NCBI RefSeq assembly: GCF_009914755.1
Contig: NC_060947.1
DNA: 64,000 nucleotides
Reading direction: 5' to 3' (one strand)
Source of the DNA: the human T2T-CHM13v2.0 reference genome, Homo sapiens
Shown: piece by piece, positions 39,086-53,335 of the stretch
Layout of the letters: each line of letters starts with the position of its first letter
How positions within the stretch are numbered: the first letter of the stretch is position 1
Notes under the pieces: model-generated
Seen by the model: only the letters and a program-made list of their open reading frames with translations
Databases searched by the model: none
What the model was told of the DNA's origin: nothing
Made by a program: the position numbers and the translations under genes

Positions 39086-39994
39086 AAGAATATAGCCTAG
39101 GAATAAAATTCTCTGAATCTTTCTTGAACCTCTAAGTAATATTTTAGGTATGGAAGTGGAAAGGAGATAGACGCCCATAATTTTTTATGACCTGATAAAT
39201 GTTGCCTGTCGGGATACTCTTTGGTATGTATAGTTGTTCCCTGGGAGAAGGGAAATATTTGCATAACAGCAAGGAGCTCCATGGGAATAAAGGCAGTGAC
39301 ACACTGTTCATTGTTTTGGTGAGACTGAAAGTTACTAGCCTCTCTCTGATTGTTCAGAATAGATGCTCTCACCACAAGAAAAGTGAGAGTGTTGCTTTTC
39401 CACTAGGGTCTAGAAATTGTTGAGGGAGGCCTGGTTCTCACGCAGCTTGGAGTGGAGGCTTTGAGGCCCTGTGAACCCAGCTGCTTTGGCCCAAAAATTT
39501 CACTTTGAGGATAAAACGTAAACACGTAAATAGACATTTTTGAAAAGGCGATAACCTTGAGAGTTTGAGTGGTGGTACTCTGAGTCCTGTACAAGCCTCA
39601 AAACTAATCTGGCTATTATTATAGTACTGAAGAAAGAGAGCAATCTGTGGGATGAGTTTTCATAGTGATGGCATGCAGTAATGATGGGGGCAAAGAAGCA
39701 AACCGGGACTTCCTACTAGGCTGAGAAAATTCTTGGTCTCTTCTAGCCTGTTTTGAACTGAGTTAGTGACTACAATTCTCGTACAAACTAGGAGGGAGGG
39801 GGTATGCTGGTTTTTAACAAGAGATACCAGAACTCCTGCTAATATGGTCTAGTAGGATGATGAGTAATTGGAGAAATAAAAGAAACGTGAAACATTTATG
39901 TTCTAAGCTCACAAGACATGTTGTATTAGAAACAAGCGCCTTCTTGTTGTTTTACCCTTCACCTATTCAAGCTGTAACCTATCTCCAAGTGCAT

Positions 39995-40438
39995 CAATCA
40001 GTTATTGTTGTGTAATAAGACTCAGTGACAAAGTTTTTTTTTTCATGTGTCTGTGAGGTGCCTAATCTAGGCTGTGCTCCACTAGATAGCTCTACCTTAA
40101 ACTATGAGTCCAACTGAGTTTTGCTCCTTGTAGAAAGTTGGGCTTAGGCCTGCTCCATGTGTTCATTCTGGGATCCAGGCTGAGGAAGCAGCAGCTATCT
40201 AGGGGAGGCTCTTCTCAAAGGGATAGCAGAAGTGCAAAAGGGCATGCCCACCATGGGAGCACATTTCAAGCCTTTGTTTGCTAACATTCCATTGATCAAA
40301 GCAAGGCACAAGGCCATTCTCAAAGTTAAAAGCCACGGCAATATAGTCAGTCTCTAATGGAGGAACTGCAAAGTCGCCTGTCAAAGCCTATGGATATAGG
40401 ATAGGGTGAAGAATGGAGCCCATAAGTCAATCTACCAC
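39995..40438 (-). mobile_element. MLT1I-like LTR
   Basis: GCTAACATTCCATTGATCAAAGCAAGGCAC; GGAGGAACTGCAAAGTC; ends CAATCTACCAC. Confidence 0.75.
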
Positions 40439-42329
40439 TCCAAAGATCAGATTAACCTCCTCTCGGAGCTTTTCTTTGTCTATTTCCATTCTCATTGAAG
40501 TTACTCTCTTTAGAATTTATCTAGGAGGAACTTTATCTTAGGATTTAGTTGAATTTGGTCATGTATTATTTATGTTCCTTAATGTTTTCTCATCAGCCAA
40601 ATTATAAGCAATTTATTTAATGATGGAGATCATATCTTACGTTTTTGTGTGTTTTCTGCATGTCTTACCATAGTGATGAGCATGTATATATTAGATACCA
40701 ATAAAAACCTAAGTAATATATGTATGGAAGTCACATAAAAACACTTCCTGGAGAAAAGTAAATATTATAATTGCTAAGATCTTAAGAGTCTCATAAAAGG
40801 TAGGTTATAAGCATGCAACACCTTCTTAAAGAATTTGGCACAAAATAGACTGCCTAGACTTTCTCCCAATAAATACAAATCTGAAAGCAGACAGAGCTGT
40901 ATGTTTCTGGGCCACCTACTGCACTAATATTAACTATTTCTAGTGTGATGGCAGGCTGTCTCCTCTATAATCAAAGGAGAATGTACAGATTGACAATTCT
41001 TCTGACTATTCAGATGTCTATTAAAAATAAAACTGATGGGAAGTAACAAGCATTTTGCATGTGCTGGTTATTTTGACCTGATGGATTTGCAAATTTCTTA
41101 TGAGCATAGAAAATAAAAACTGCAGCTTATTTTCAAGCACAAAACTTGGGTATAGCAAATGAAGTCACATTTTTTATTTGTTCATTTATTTGTTTATGCT
41201 GTTAGAAAACCACTTTGCAGCGAGTGTGAGGGAGAATACTTATTAGGCTAATAACAGCAGAATTATAAAAATGAGGCATTTAGACAAATCTGCCTCTCGA
41301 AAATAATGTGGAGTTACAGAAGGTTAAGAATCTGTAAGTATCAATGGATGCTAAGAGCTAAAAATAGATAAGCAGCATGGAGAAAAGAAGTGAAAAGAAA
41401 AATAAAATATCAAGAAACCACTAGTAGTGTTTAGGATGGTTATTTTGTCTTTGTTCTCTGTTGAAAATTCCTAAAACTTCATTGACAGACCTTTAGAAAT
41501 TCTTCCAGATAGATTATTATTATGCACATTGCCTAAACTCCCGTGGGTGTCTTTCTTTCCCACTTTAAACAGGCACACATGTATGTATACACACACACAC
41601 ACAAACATACACACATGCCTTTGACTTATATAATGAAGCACATCTTCAAATTATGAGTGTAACTAATTTGGTAAACAATACTACCATGAGCAGTTAAAAG
41701 ATGAGGAGAGTTGTAACCATTAATGCTGATTCTATAATGCTGAAGTATAATGTTTCCCATATCCACATGGACATTTTGTAACTATTATTATTGAAACATC
41801 CTTATATAATTTGGGAGATAATGCATCGTGCTTTCTTTGCCAGAAATACAGATGTTTTGATGAGAGTCTTCTGCCTAATTTCCTTTCAAAACTGAGTGGA
41901 GTATCAGGAAACATGTTTGCTCTTTATGAAGGCATCTATTCAAAGTGAAATAGGAAGATCCTGGCACAAAACTAGACCGTTTTATTTGTCTATAGTCGTC
42001 TCCATATTTTATCCATCCTATCTCCAAAATCCCAAAGGAATCCTGGCATTCATGTTCTGTGTTCTAGGAAAATAGGTGAGAATTACAAAAAGGCTGTGCT
42101 TTGTTTTTTTTCTAGTACTCTAATATTCATAATATTGTTGGGCCCACCCTGTAACTCACGGCCCACTCTGAAAGTTGATAAGAAATAGTAACACATGGTA
42201 TTTTTACATTACTTTACCCTTTCCTTCCATTTACCAATTGTAATTCTGGAGTTCTTTTTATATCCTTCCCATATCCAAAATTAAACAACTCCAGTTTCTG
42301 ACTTCTCATCTTTGGGAACCTGGATAAAG

Positions 42330-42460
42330 AGTGGGTACTATGCTCGCTACCTGAGTGATGGGCTCAATCATACCCCAAACCTCAGCATCATGCCTTTGTA
42401 ACAAACCTGCACGTGTACCCGCTGATTCTAAAATAAAAGTTGATAAAAGGGGGTAAAAAA
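42330..42460 (+). mobile_element. L1PB-like extreme 3' fragment
   Basis: TGGGTACTATGCTCGCTACCTGAGTGATGG...CCCCAAACCTCAGCATCATGC...CTAAAATAAAAGTTG. Confidence 0.8.
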
Positions 42461-42484
42461 AGGACTGGGTTCTGTATAGTGCAC

Positions 42485-42847
42485 TGTATTAGTCTGCTAG
42501 AGCTTCCATAACAAAACCACAGAGTCTGAGTGGCTTAAACAACAGAAACTTATTTTCTCACAATTTTGGAGGCTAGAAGTATGAAGTCAAGGGGTGACAG
42601 GGTTGATTTCTTCTGAGGCCTCTCATCTCGGCTTGTAGATGGCCACCTTCTCCCTGTGACTTCACATGGACACAGACACCAGTCACAAAGAAACCAGTCA
42701 CATTGGCTTAGGACCCACTCATACGACCTCATTTTACTTTAATTATATCCTTAAAGGCCCTATCTCCAGATTCAGTCATATTCTGAGGTACTGGGAGTTA
42801 GGACTTCAACATATGAATTTTAGGGGAACAAAATTCAGCCCATAACA
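42485..42847 (-). mobile_element. MLT1A0/MLT1B-like solo LTR
   Basis: TGTATTAGTCTGCTAG...GGCTTAAACAACAGAAAC...GGACTTCAACATATGAATTTT...CAGCCCATAACA. Confidence 0.88.
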
Positions 42848-44672
42848 CACAGTTTTCACCAACATCGTACAAAAATCTCTAGGCCACTTTACTGTAGAGA
42901 AAAATCCCTGTTTCAAGTCTTATTTTTCTAAATCGTATTGATGTAAATTGATGTAAATATGTATGGTTCAACATATGGTTGGCAAGTCAGAAGTGACTCA
43001 GGGATTTAAAAAAATGTTTTGGATATTCCAACACATTCAGTAGGTAATCCAGTCCTATCAGGCAGACTGCCTGGATTTCAAATCTATACCCACACTGAAT
43101 AGAGGCCAGATATATTCTTTTTGTGCCCTCTACTCTCCACTCCATCCCAACTAAGTGAGTTGGAATTATTTGAGGGGGAAAAAGATTATGAACAAAAGAA
43201 TCATGGAGAAACACCAGATTCTCTTCTCTTAAACTCTTCCAACTTTCATCTAAAGTGTCATTTAAAAAAATTTCCAAAGATCTATTATCATAGTGGGAAT
43301 GGCATAATATAATCCATTGATCATATAATGTCTGTCCTAGGTACATTACTACAAATATCTGATATGTCACATCGTTCCTTCTTTCCTTTCTTCCTTCCTT
43401 CTTTCCTTCCTTCCCGCCCCTCTGTGTCTGTCCCTGTCTCCTCTCTCCTTAGACCCTCTAATTCCCTAATTCACACATACAAGGATGCAGGGTGAACCTT
43501 AAGTAAACTGATTGCTAATGCAATTCATTTACCAATCATCTCTCCGTGATCACATCTGATGAGGACAATGAAGTTAATAAGGACACATAAATGAAGAAAA
43601 TCTAGGAAGGATAGCTATAAGGAAACAAGCACAGGATTGAGAAGAATGGGGGAAGGGGACAGGCTGTGATCACAGTCAGGGGCACACTGGAACACAGAAG
43701 CAAGGGGATGAATGAAGGCTTCTCCTTGTGACCTTAGTACATTGGGATGTAGCTGATCACATTACCCAGTTGGATTTTCTAACAAAATCTCAGTTGATGC
43801 AAGGATGTTATTCTGAAGGTAAGATGTATATATGAATGATTATATGGCTTTGGCATGTTATTTCCTTGCTGTAGAGAAGAATCTATTATTTATTTATGGA
43901 AGTAGCACTAGCCTCACACAGTTTCCACAGGTATGAGGCATAATTTACAAACAAAATATAAGCATCTACCAATGTAGAAAGCATCAAGGTTGTAATGAGG
44001 GAGATGATTTTTTTTTTTAGCAGAATAAAAAGTGCTAGCATGCTGTCACTGGGGATAGCTATGTAGTTGTTTGCAGGTCATGTTTCTTGGTAAACTGGTC
44101 CAGCGCTATTAAGAAGGAATTATAGAAAACACATTTGTTTTTCTGCTTCATGGCCAGAAGTAATTTTAATAGATTCCTGAGTTTTGTCACAAGGCAAGCT
44201 AGGGACATATGGAAATCATTTTTAGTTGTTAACGATTTTGTTGCTGATGGGAATTGTAAAGAGGATTTATTTTAATCATTTTGGGACTTATTAAAGGGAC
44301 TGCTAATAGCTGGGGCCTGGGAGGATTAATTACTTCAAGTGTGTTCACTAACAGGCCCATGTGAAAGTGGGATTTTAGCTGTCAGGAGACAACATACCTA
44401 TTCCAACTAAACAAATGGCACAGGTGTTAGAGGAGCCTCAGCTCCCAGCCAAGGTCAGAAAGCAAAGCCTGGTAATAGATCAATAAATCCTCTAAAGCAT
44501 CTCATTTTTTCAAAATTCTTCCCAGAAAAGTAAAACACACTGGGTTTGGCTTGGAAAGTTACTAACTCCATGGTCCTGAGCAAGTTACTTCACTTTTCTC
44601 TGCCTCAATGACTTTATCTGTAAGAAGGAGATAACAATAGCAACTACCTACCTACAATAGCACTTTGAAGGT

Positions 44673-47005
44673 TGTATTAGTCCATTTTCATACTGCTATG
44701 AAGAAATACCTGAGACTGGGTAATTTTTAAAGAAAAAGAGGTTTAATGGACTCACATTCCACATGGCTGGGGAGGCCTCACAATCACAGTGGAAGGTGAA
44801 GGAGGAGCAAAAGCATGTCTTACATGGTGGCAGGCAAGAGAGCATGTTCAGGGGAACTGCCCTTTATAAAACCATCAGATGCTCTGAGACTTATTCACTA
44901 TTACAAGAACAGCATGGGAAAAACCCACCCCCATGATTCAGTGACCTCCCACTGGGTCCCTCCCACAACACATGGGGATATGGGAGCTACATTTCAAGAT
45001 GAGATTTGGGTGGGGACACAGCCAAAACATATCATTCCACCCCGGCCTCTCCCAAATCTCATGTCCTCACATTTCAAAACCAATCATGCCTTCCTAACAA
45101 TCCCCCAAAGTCTTAACTCATTTCAACATTAGCTCAAAAGTCCACACAGTCCAAAGTCTCATCTGAGACAAGGCAAGTCCCTTCTGCCCATGAGCCTGTA
45201 AAGTCAAAAGCAAGCTAGTTACTTCCCAAATACAATAGGTGTACAGGCACTGGGTAAATACACCCTTTCCAAATAGGATAAATTGGCCAAAACAAAGGGG
45301 CTACAGGCCCCATGTAAATCCAAAATCCAGTGGGGCAGTCAAATTTTAATGCTCCAGAATGATCTTTGACTCCATGTCTCACATTCAGGTCACACTGATA
45401 TAAGAGGTGGGTTCTCATGGTCTTGGGCAACTTTGCCCCTGTGGTTTTGCAGGGTACGGCCTCCCTCCTGGCTGCTTTCATGGGCAGGCATTGAGGGTCT
45501 GTGGCTTTTCAAGGTGCATGGTGCAAACTGTTGGTGGATCTATCATTTTGGGGTCTGGAGGATGGTGGCCTTCTTCTCACAGCTCCACTAGGCAGTGTCC
45601 CAGTGGGGACTCTGTGTGGGGTCTCCCACCCCACATTTCCCCCCCACACTGCCCTAGCAGAGTTTCTCCATTAGGGCTCCTGTAGCGTACCTCTGCTTGG
45701 ACATCCAGGCATTTCCATATATCCTCTGAAACTTAGGCGGAGATTCCCAAACCTCAGTTCTTGAATTCTGCACACCTGCAGGCCCAACACCATGTGTAAG
45801 CTGCCAAGACTTGTGGCTTGTGCTGTCTGAAGTAATGGCCTGAGCTGTATGTTGTCCCCTTTTAGCCATGACTGAGACACAGGGCACCAAGTCCCGAGAC
45901 AGCAAAAGCAGCCAGGACCTGGGCCCGGTCCATGAAGCCATTTTTAGCTCCTACAGCCCCTGGCTTGTGTTGGGAGGGCCTGCTGTGAAGACTTTTGACA
46001 GTCCCTGGAGATATTTTCCTCATTGTCTTTGAGACTAACATTTGGTTCCTCATTACTTATTCAAATTTCTGCTGCCAGCTTGAATTTCTCCCCCAGAAAA
46101 TGGGTTTTTCTTTTCTATCACATCATCAGGCTACAAATTTTCTAAACTTTTATGCTCTGCTTCCCTTTTAAACATAAGTTCTAATTCCAAACCATATCTT
46201 TGTGAATGAATAAAAATGAATGCTTTTAAGAGCACCCAAATCACCTCTTGAATGCTTTGCTGCTTAGAAATTTCTTCTGCCAGATACCCTGAATCATCTC
46301 TCTCAAGTTCAAAGTTCTACGGTTCTCTAGAGCAGGGTCAAAATGCCATGAGTCTCCTTGCTAAAGCATAGAAAGAATCACCTTTGCTCCAGTTCCCAAT
46401 AAATTCCTCATCTCCATCTGAGACCACCCCAGCCTGGACTTCGTCGTCCATTATCATTATCAGCATTTTGCTCAAAACCATTCAACAAGCCTCTAGGAAG
46501 CTCCAAACTTTCCCACATCTTCCTGCCTTCATCGGAGCCCTCCAAACTGTTCCAACCTCTGCCTGTTTACCCAGTTCCAAAGTCCCTTCCATATTTTCAG
46601 GTATCTTAATAGCAGTGCCCCACTCTACTAGTACCAATTTACTGTATTAGTCCATTTTTATACTGCTATGAAGAAATACCCGAGACTGTGTAATTTATAA
46701 AGAAAAAGAGGTTTAATGGACTCACAATTCCACATGGCTGGGGAGGCCTCACAATCATGGTGGAAAGCGAAGGAGGAGCAAAGACATGTCTTACATGGTG
46801 GCAGGCAAGAGAATGTGTGCAGGGGAACTGCCCTTTTTTAAACCATCAGATGCTGTGAGACTTATTCACTATCATGAGAACAGCATGGAAAAACCTGACC
46901 CCATGATTCAATTGCCTCTTACCGGGTCCCTCCCATGACACATGGGGATTACGGGAGCTACAATTCAAGATGAGATTGGGGTGGATACACAGCCAAACCA
47001 TATCA
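44673..47005 (-). mobile_element. Complete THE1C-like MaLR provirus (LTR 44673-45034, internal 45035-46642, LTR 46643-47005) inserted in a MIR
   Basis: Two direct LTRs TGTATTAG...CATATCA, about 1.6 kb THE1-int between them, TSD AAGGT at 44668-44672 and 47006-47010. Confidence 0.96.
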
Positions 47006-48166
47006 AAGGTCAAATAAGATGATACACATAAGTCTTATAGCACCAAACCTGACACAGAATGAGTGCTCAGCAAATTATCACTATTCTGAGTAATATTGTT
47101 ATTGTTATGCTTAAAATCTGTGTCTATTTCATTATACATGTTAGAAAGAGAAACACAAAATTAGAGTATTGAGGAGAGAGTAGGCCTAGGTCTAAAATTT
47201 TTATGGTGTTCATTGCAAAATAATGGAATTACAATTTGGAAAATAGAATTTACAACATTTTCTGCATGGGAAAATTCCTAATGTTCTGATGCTCACCAGT
47301 TCCTTTAACTTTTTAGACATCAACTCAGGATTTTTTTCAGTTGTGCTTTTGTTTTATTTTGCTTGTACCTTTGCTACTCAAAAATATTGTTCCTATCTAA
47401 ATAAGCGTTTGTGGTTATTTTCTTTGGCTATTTTTAAAATGTAACGTTTATATGATCAGATTTAGCCCTTTTTCAAAAAAAGCTTTTATCCAGTCTAACC
47501 ATTTCCTAAAATTAAATATCTGTAACCTTTCCATTGAATAAGCAGGTTCATGGGATATAATTATAAAGCAACTTTATTTTTGTCTTCCAATATTTAGCTC
47601 TTTAAATTTATTCTGTGGGGCTGGTTCTTTTTTTGGCTTTTGATCAAAGTTAAGGACAGTCCCATGATTCTGATGGTTACTTTTTGGATATGAAACAATC
47701 TTTAGTTAGTAATTACTTTGTCCTGTCAAAGTGCTAAGTTTCATTTGAAGGTAAAGCTTCTCTCTTCTTCTAGTCTGCTTGCTGCAGGCTGTTTGCTAGT
47801 GGGTGGGTGGAGGTTCTGGTTAACTTGCTCTTTCTTTCTCCTCTTGCACATTAACCTTTTTTCCACAAAGCCATTTCAGATCACTCTAGGTTTAGAGCTA
47901 CAGGAGGCAGAAGGGTATAAGACAAGAGCATTCTTGCTTGCATGTCATTGTGTGATAATCTAGTATCAATGTTCTGTAGATCTGGAAGGTATTTAAAGGT
48001 GAGTTTTTTGGGTATACCTTTATGAGTTCACCAGAGACCCGTGTGGTGCTTTGCCTTTCTTCATCTCAATGCTGAGGAGCTCTCACTTTCAGTTCCTTTG
48101 ATAGGGACAAGTGTATCTCTGATTGCCCTTGGCTGGTTACTAACTCCTTCCACTTCTAGCTGCTGC

Positions 48167-48454
48167 TTTTTTTTTTGATGGAGCCTCACTCTGTCGCCCT
48201 GGCTGGAGTGCAGTGGTGCAATCTCAGCTCACTGCAACCTCTGCCTCCTGGGTTGAAGTGATTCTCCTGCCCCAGCCTCTTGAGTAGCTGGCGTTACAGG
48301 CATGCACCACCACGCCCAGCTAATTTTTGTATTTTTAGTAGAGGTGGGGTTTCACCATGTTGGTCAGGCTGGTCTTGAAGTCCTGACCTCATGATCCGCC
48401 CACCTCAGCCTCCCAAAGTGCTGGGATTATAAGCGTGAGCCACCATGCCCCGCC
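48167..48454 (-). mobile_element. AluSg-like
   Basis: Full dimer, CCTGACCTCATGATCC; TSD TCTAGCT(G/T)CT at 48155 and 48455. Confidence 0.93.
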
Positions 48455-49076
48455 TCTAGCTTCTATTTGACCCTTTAGCAAACTCTCTTGGACAAGACAT
48501 GAGATTAAGATACGCTAATTCTCTTGTGTGTAGATGGCATGTTTCTCGCAAATTGTTGTGGGAATACACATGATCCCCAAAGAAGCAATATTTCTTTCAC
48601 TTATGTTTTAAACCAGCGCAGTAGACAGATTCAGGGTCCTGTACATTACTTAGGAATGAGTCTGACCTTACCAGCGTGTTTCTCAGCCTACATGAGAAAT
48701 ACAGGAAACTTCTCAGATGGTCTCCTTATACTTCTTTCTCTCGGTTTAGCAAAGTGGTTACAGCAAATCAATTTCTTTTTCTGAATTCCTCTGCTAATGT
48801 ACAAGTACTGTCAATCCTTTTATATCCTTAGTTTGGGTGTGGGATTAAGAGTGCAATAACAGGGTTTTTTTTTAGCTCTAAAAAGTAACATTCCATTCTA
48901 GAAAATGCAATTATTATGTGGGTGTATCACAAGCCAGGACGCCTTATTCTAATTTTTTTATAACTATGTAGTATGTCCTATTTTTAATTTTATATTATCT
49001 TATATAGAGACATACAAATTGAAAAGTGTATATATATATATAATGTACATAACTTATATACATGTGTATGTATGTA

Positions 49077-49168
49077 TAATTGTGGTAAGAAAACATAAAA
49101 TTTACCCTCTTAATCATTTTAAAGTATATAGTTCAGTAATATTAAGTATATTCACATTGTTGTGAAAC
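49077..49168 (-). mobile_element. L1MB-like 3' fragment
   Basis: TAATTGTGGTAAG...CATAAAATTTACC...AAGTATATTCACATTGTTGTG. Confidence 0.7.
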
Positions 49169-49753
49169 ATGGACTACATATTAAATGTCTCATTGTATAT
49201 TGAATAAATCTGGCTTTTTCTGTGATGAAACTTTATAAAAGCATTTTGGTTAGAATATTGTCATGAGAAACTTATTCATGCTGCTTTATAGAAGGGAAAC
49301 TGGTATTAGGATAGACATGGCCAATAAGGAGATAGAATCTCCTAAAAATTCCAGTTCAGTAGCTATAACAGTGTCAAGCCTCATGGAAATTATTTTTGGA
49401 AGGAGAAGCAGGAACAGTAATAGCTCTCCAAACCTCAGCTCCATAAGTCTCCATTGCATAGATTCCCTATTAATAATACTTAGGTATTCCTAGTCGGCCT
49501 GCTTTCTTATGAACTGATACTATCTGCTTATTGTTTTCCTCTCCTTCATCTATCATTTTTTAGTACATCGTAATTTTGGTTTTCTCAGTTTCTGGTTCAT
49601 AATAATTTCTATTTACTGCCTTATGACCCTGACAAACTGTTCATTAACTCCAGCTCATTGTCACACAGTGAAATTCCTCATTCACTTGTTATTGGTATTT
49701 CCTAATTGAAATTTTCAAGAGAGGAAATTAGATTTTCTTTGCTTATCTTTTCA

Positions 49754-50287
<534 letters not shown>

Positions 50288-50383
50288 TTATAGGAGAAGG
50301 AGGCTAATAAACGCCCTCCAAGAACAAAGAATTGAAAAAGGACTTCTGAGTTCCTCATGGTAATGGGGGTGGGCGGGCCATTT

Positions 50384-50835
50384 TCCTGATTTGGGTTCCC
50401 CCAGTAGCGGACCCTGAGACAAAGATGCTACTGCAAATAGTTTATTTGGGAGATGATAACAGGAGACACTGGTAAGGGAGGTGAAAAAATGAGACAAGGG
50501 AGGAAGGCAGCCAATAAAGAGTGCATTATTAGGGAGTTACCATGGTGGCTGTTTGCCGGTTAATTCTGGGAAATGTAGAATGCATCTTAGAGTTATCCCA
50601 CATGGGGACCTAGGAAACTGGATATTTACCCACCAACTTCCCATCTGTCATCAGCTGAGGGCTGCTTTTGGGAGTTATTATTTCTCTGGTACTACTGGCT
50701 TGCCCTGTGCACAGCTTATAGCTCCATGCCCAGGAAAAACTCTCAATCCAGGAGTCACAGGAGTTTGTAGTCAGCAGCCTTTAAAGTACACGAGGGAGAG
50801 CAAAAAAGCTGTGGACAGGGCATTGACAGCACTTA
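50384..50835 (-). mobile_element. LTR33-like ERVL LTR
   Basis: TTTGGGTTCCCC...ACCCTGAGACAAAGAT...GCAAATAGTTTATTTGGGAG...GGGAGGAAGGCAGCCAATAAAG. Confidence 0.7.
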
Positions 50836-50849
50836 CCCCAACACCCCTC

Positions 50850-51298
50850 CCACTCTCTTCTTTATTGAATGAAGCCTGATTTTATTCAGGCATTCAACCC
50901 TTTGGGTAGGTGACCCTACCTAGAGCTTAAGAGTAAATCTTGATTAATCTTAGCTAGTCATGGAGATTCCTTTCTATTGGGCATAGGTATTCACAGTGCA
51001 GTCTGGCATGAGATGTGAGATGAGATCTGCTGGAGGGTCTCTGGGAAAGGCGTCTTCATTCTTAGAAAGAGACTCACAGGAAAAGGCAGCATCTTATTTT
51101 GTACCAGATGTTCCATATATTCATGTGTCACTTGGAAATGTGAGACTCATCTTGGTGCCACAAGCCTTGAATTAACCGGCCCTAAAGATACCCTACCATA
51201 GGATTTCTCCTTTTGAGAGATGACAACTTTCCTGACTATCTAAATCATTTTGAGTAAAATTTATTCTTACCTGCAGCCCAAGGCATCCTAGTTGGTAC
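50850..51298 (+). mobile_element. MLT1J/K-like LTR
   Basis: GCCTGATTTTATTCAGG; TCTGCTGGAGGGTCTCTGGGAAAGG; ends TTACCTGCAGCCCAAGGCATCCTAGTTGGTACA. Confidence 0.65.
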
Positions 51299-51499
51299 AA
51301 GGATAAAGTGTAAGTGCACAATGAGAAGAAAGCTCATTTCTTGATGTTTTCAAAAAGATTGACTAAGAGATTACAGGATGATGTCAATATATTGTAACAA
51401 TTTCAACTCCATTTGTATAACACTTATATCCCTCTGGGTTTTGTTGATGATTGATCTTTAATTCTAGAATAGCATTTTTTTCAATATCCACCTTCGATT

Positions 51500-52571
51500 G
51501 CATGTCTATTCAATATTCCATGTGATTAAATATGAACTATGCATAAAACACTTGTTCTACATACTGAAGTGTAAATAGTTGTCTTGAAGGAAAGCACATA
51601 TGCAACTGGTTGGGCTACCAGCCGAACTAACCACTTTTTCCCCTGAAGATTATTTTTAATGGAAAGACTGACAGTACAAATGTTGGCTACTCAGTCTTGG
51701 GTATTTGGCAGATAATTTCTCAAAAATGAATAAAGTGAACCTGTTACTTGAAGAAAAATGATTGACAGTATTTGTTGCCAAGGATAAAATGTAAGCTTTT
51801 AAGTAAAATTTTAATTTATGGAAAACTTTTGTCTGCAAAGGCAACAGCTTTCTGTACTTACAGACTCGTTTGATGAGATTAGTGGTGGTATTAACAAATG
51901 TGTTTTTTTGATATTGTATAATAAAATGTGTCAGCATTTGGAACCTCTACATAACTCAGTGAAGCAATATTTTTCAAATGAGTGATGCATGATGTTATAA
52001 AATCATGCATAGGTAGAACTATTCAAAGTGTAAGATAGAATTTTAATGTAACAGAATAAAAATAACTTTATTAGTATGGTTTAAGGTTCCACATTACAAC
52101 TAATTTTTAAGAAACTACCATTTGTTGAGTTTTGATATAATGTCAAAAAAGAATATCCACAATTTTCTGAAAATATTCTTAAAATATTATTTCTGCTCTA
52201 ACTACATATCTGGGTAAAGCTGAATTTTATTCATATACATCAACTAAAATAGTGTATCACAACACATTGAATGCAAAAGCAGATATAGGAATCCAGCTGT
52301 CTTCTAATAAGGCGGGCGTTAAAGAGACTTAAAAAATATAAAGTATTGCCACTCTTCTCACTTAATTTTTTGTTTTTATAAAATAGATTTTTCATAAAAA
52401 GTATGTAATTTATGTTAATATACAATAAGTTTATTTTAAATAATAATTTTTTAACTTTCTAATACAACAAATACTGGTAAATATAACCCACATAAACAAA
52501 GCTTTTTGGGTGTCCTCAATAATTTTTAAGAATTTCCAGGAGTCCTGTGACAAAAAAAATTTAAGAACTAT
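51500..52571 (+). mobile_element. Charlie1-like hAT transposon, 3' half with decayed transposase
   Basis: CTACATACTGAAGTG...TTGTCTTGAAGGAAAG resembles a decayed LHTEVRWLSRGK motif; TATTTGGCAGATAATTTC (YLAD.F); Charlie1 end CCCACATAAACAAA...TCCTCAATAATTTTTAAGA. Confidence 0.85.
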
Positions 52572-52900
52572 TTTTAAAGGGCATAGAAGAAAAGGCTCAG
52601 AGTTGTGAATGGGTGGGAGATAGCATCAGAAAAGAGAGGTGCAGAGTCCTACAGTAATGAAGGTTTAGCGAATTAAGGATAAACCGAGACCTCGGTTGGT
52701 GACTGACAAACACAGAAGTGAAGAGTACAATTGAATTTGAGTTAATGATCTTGAAATAAAGAACAGTGGAGAGGTTAAGAGGTTACGTAGGAGGAGGCCT
52801 GTGGGAAATGTCTTGAAGTGTGAGAATTCTGGGTTCTCTCTCGACCCCTGTAGATGGAGGAATGGAGGTCAGTAAAAGAGAAGAATAGATCTGGGGGTGA

Positions 52901-53335
<435 letters not shown>

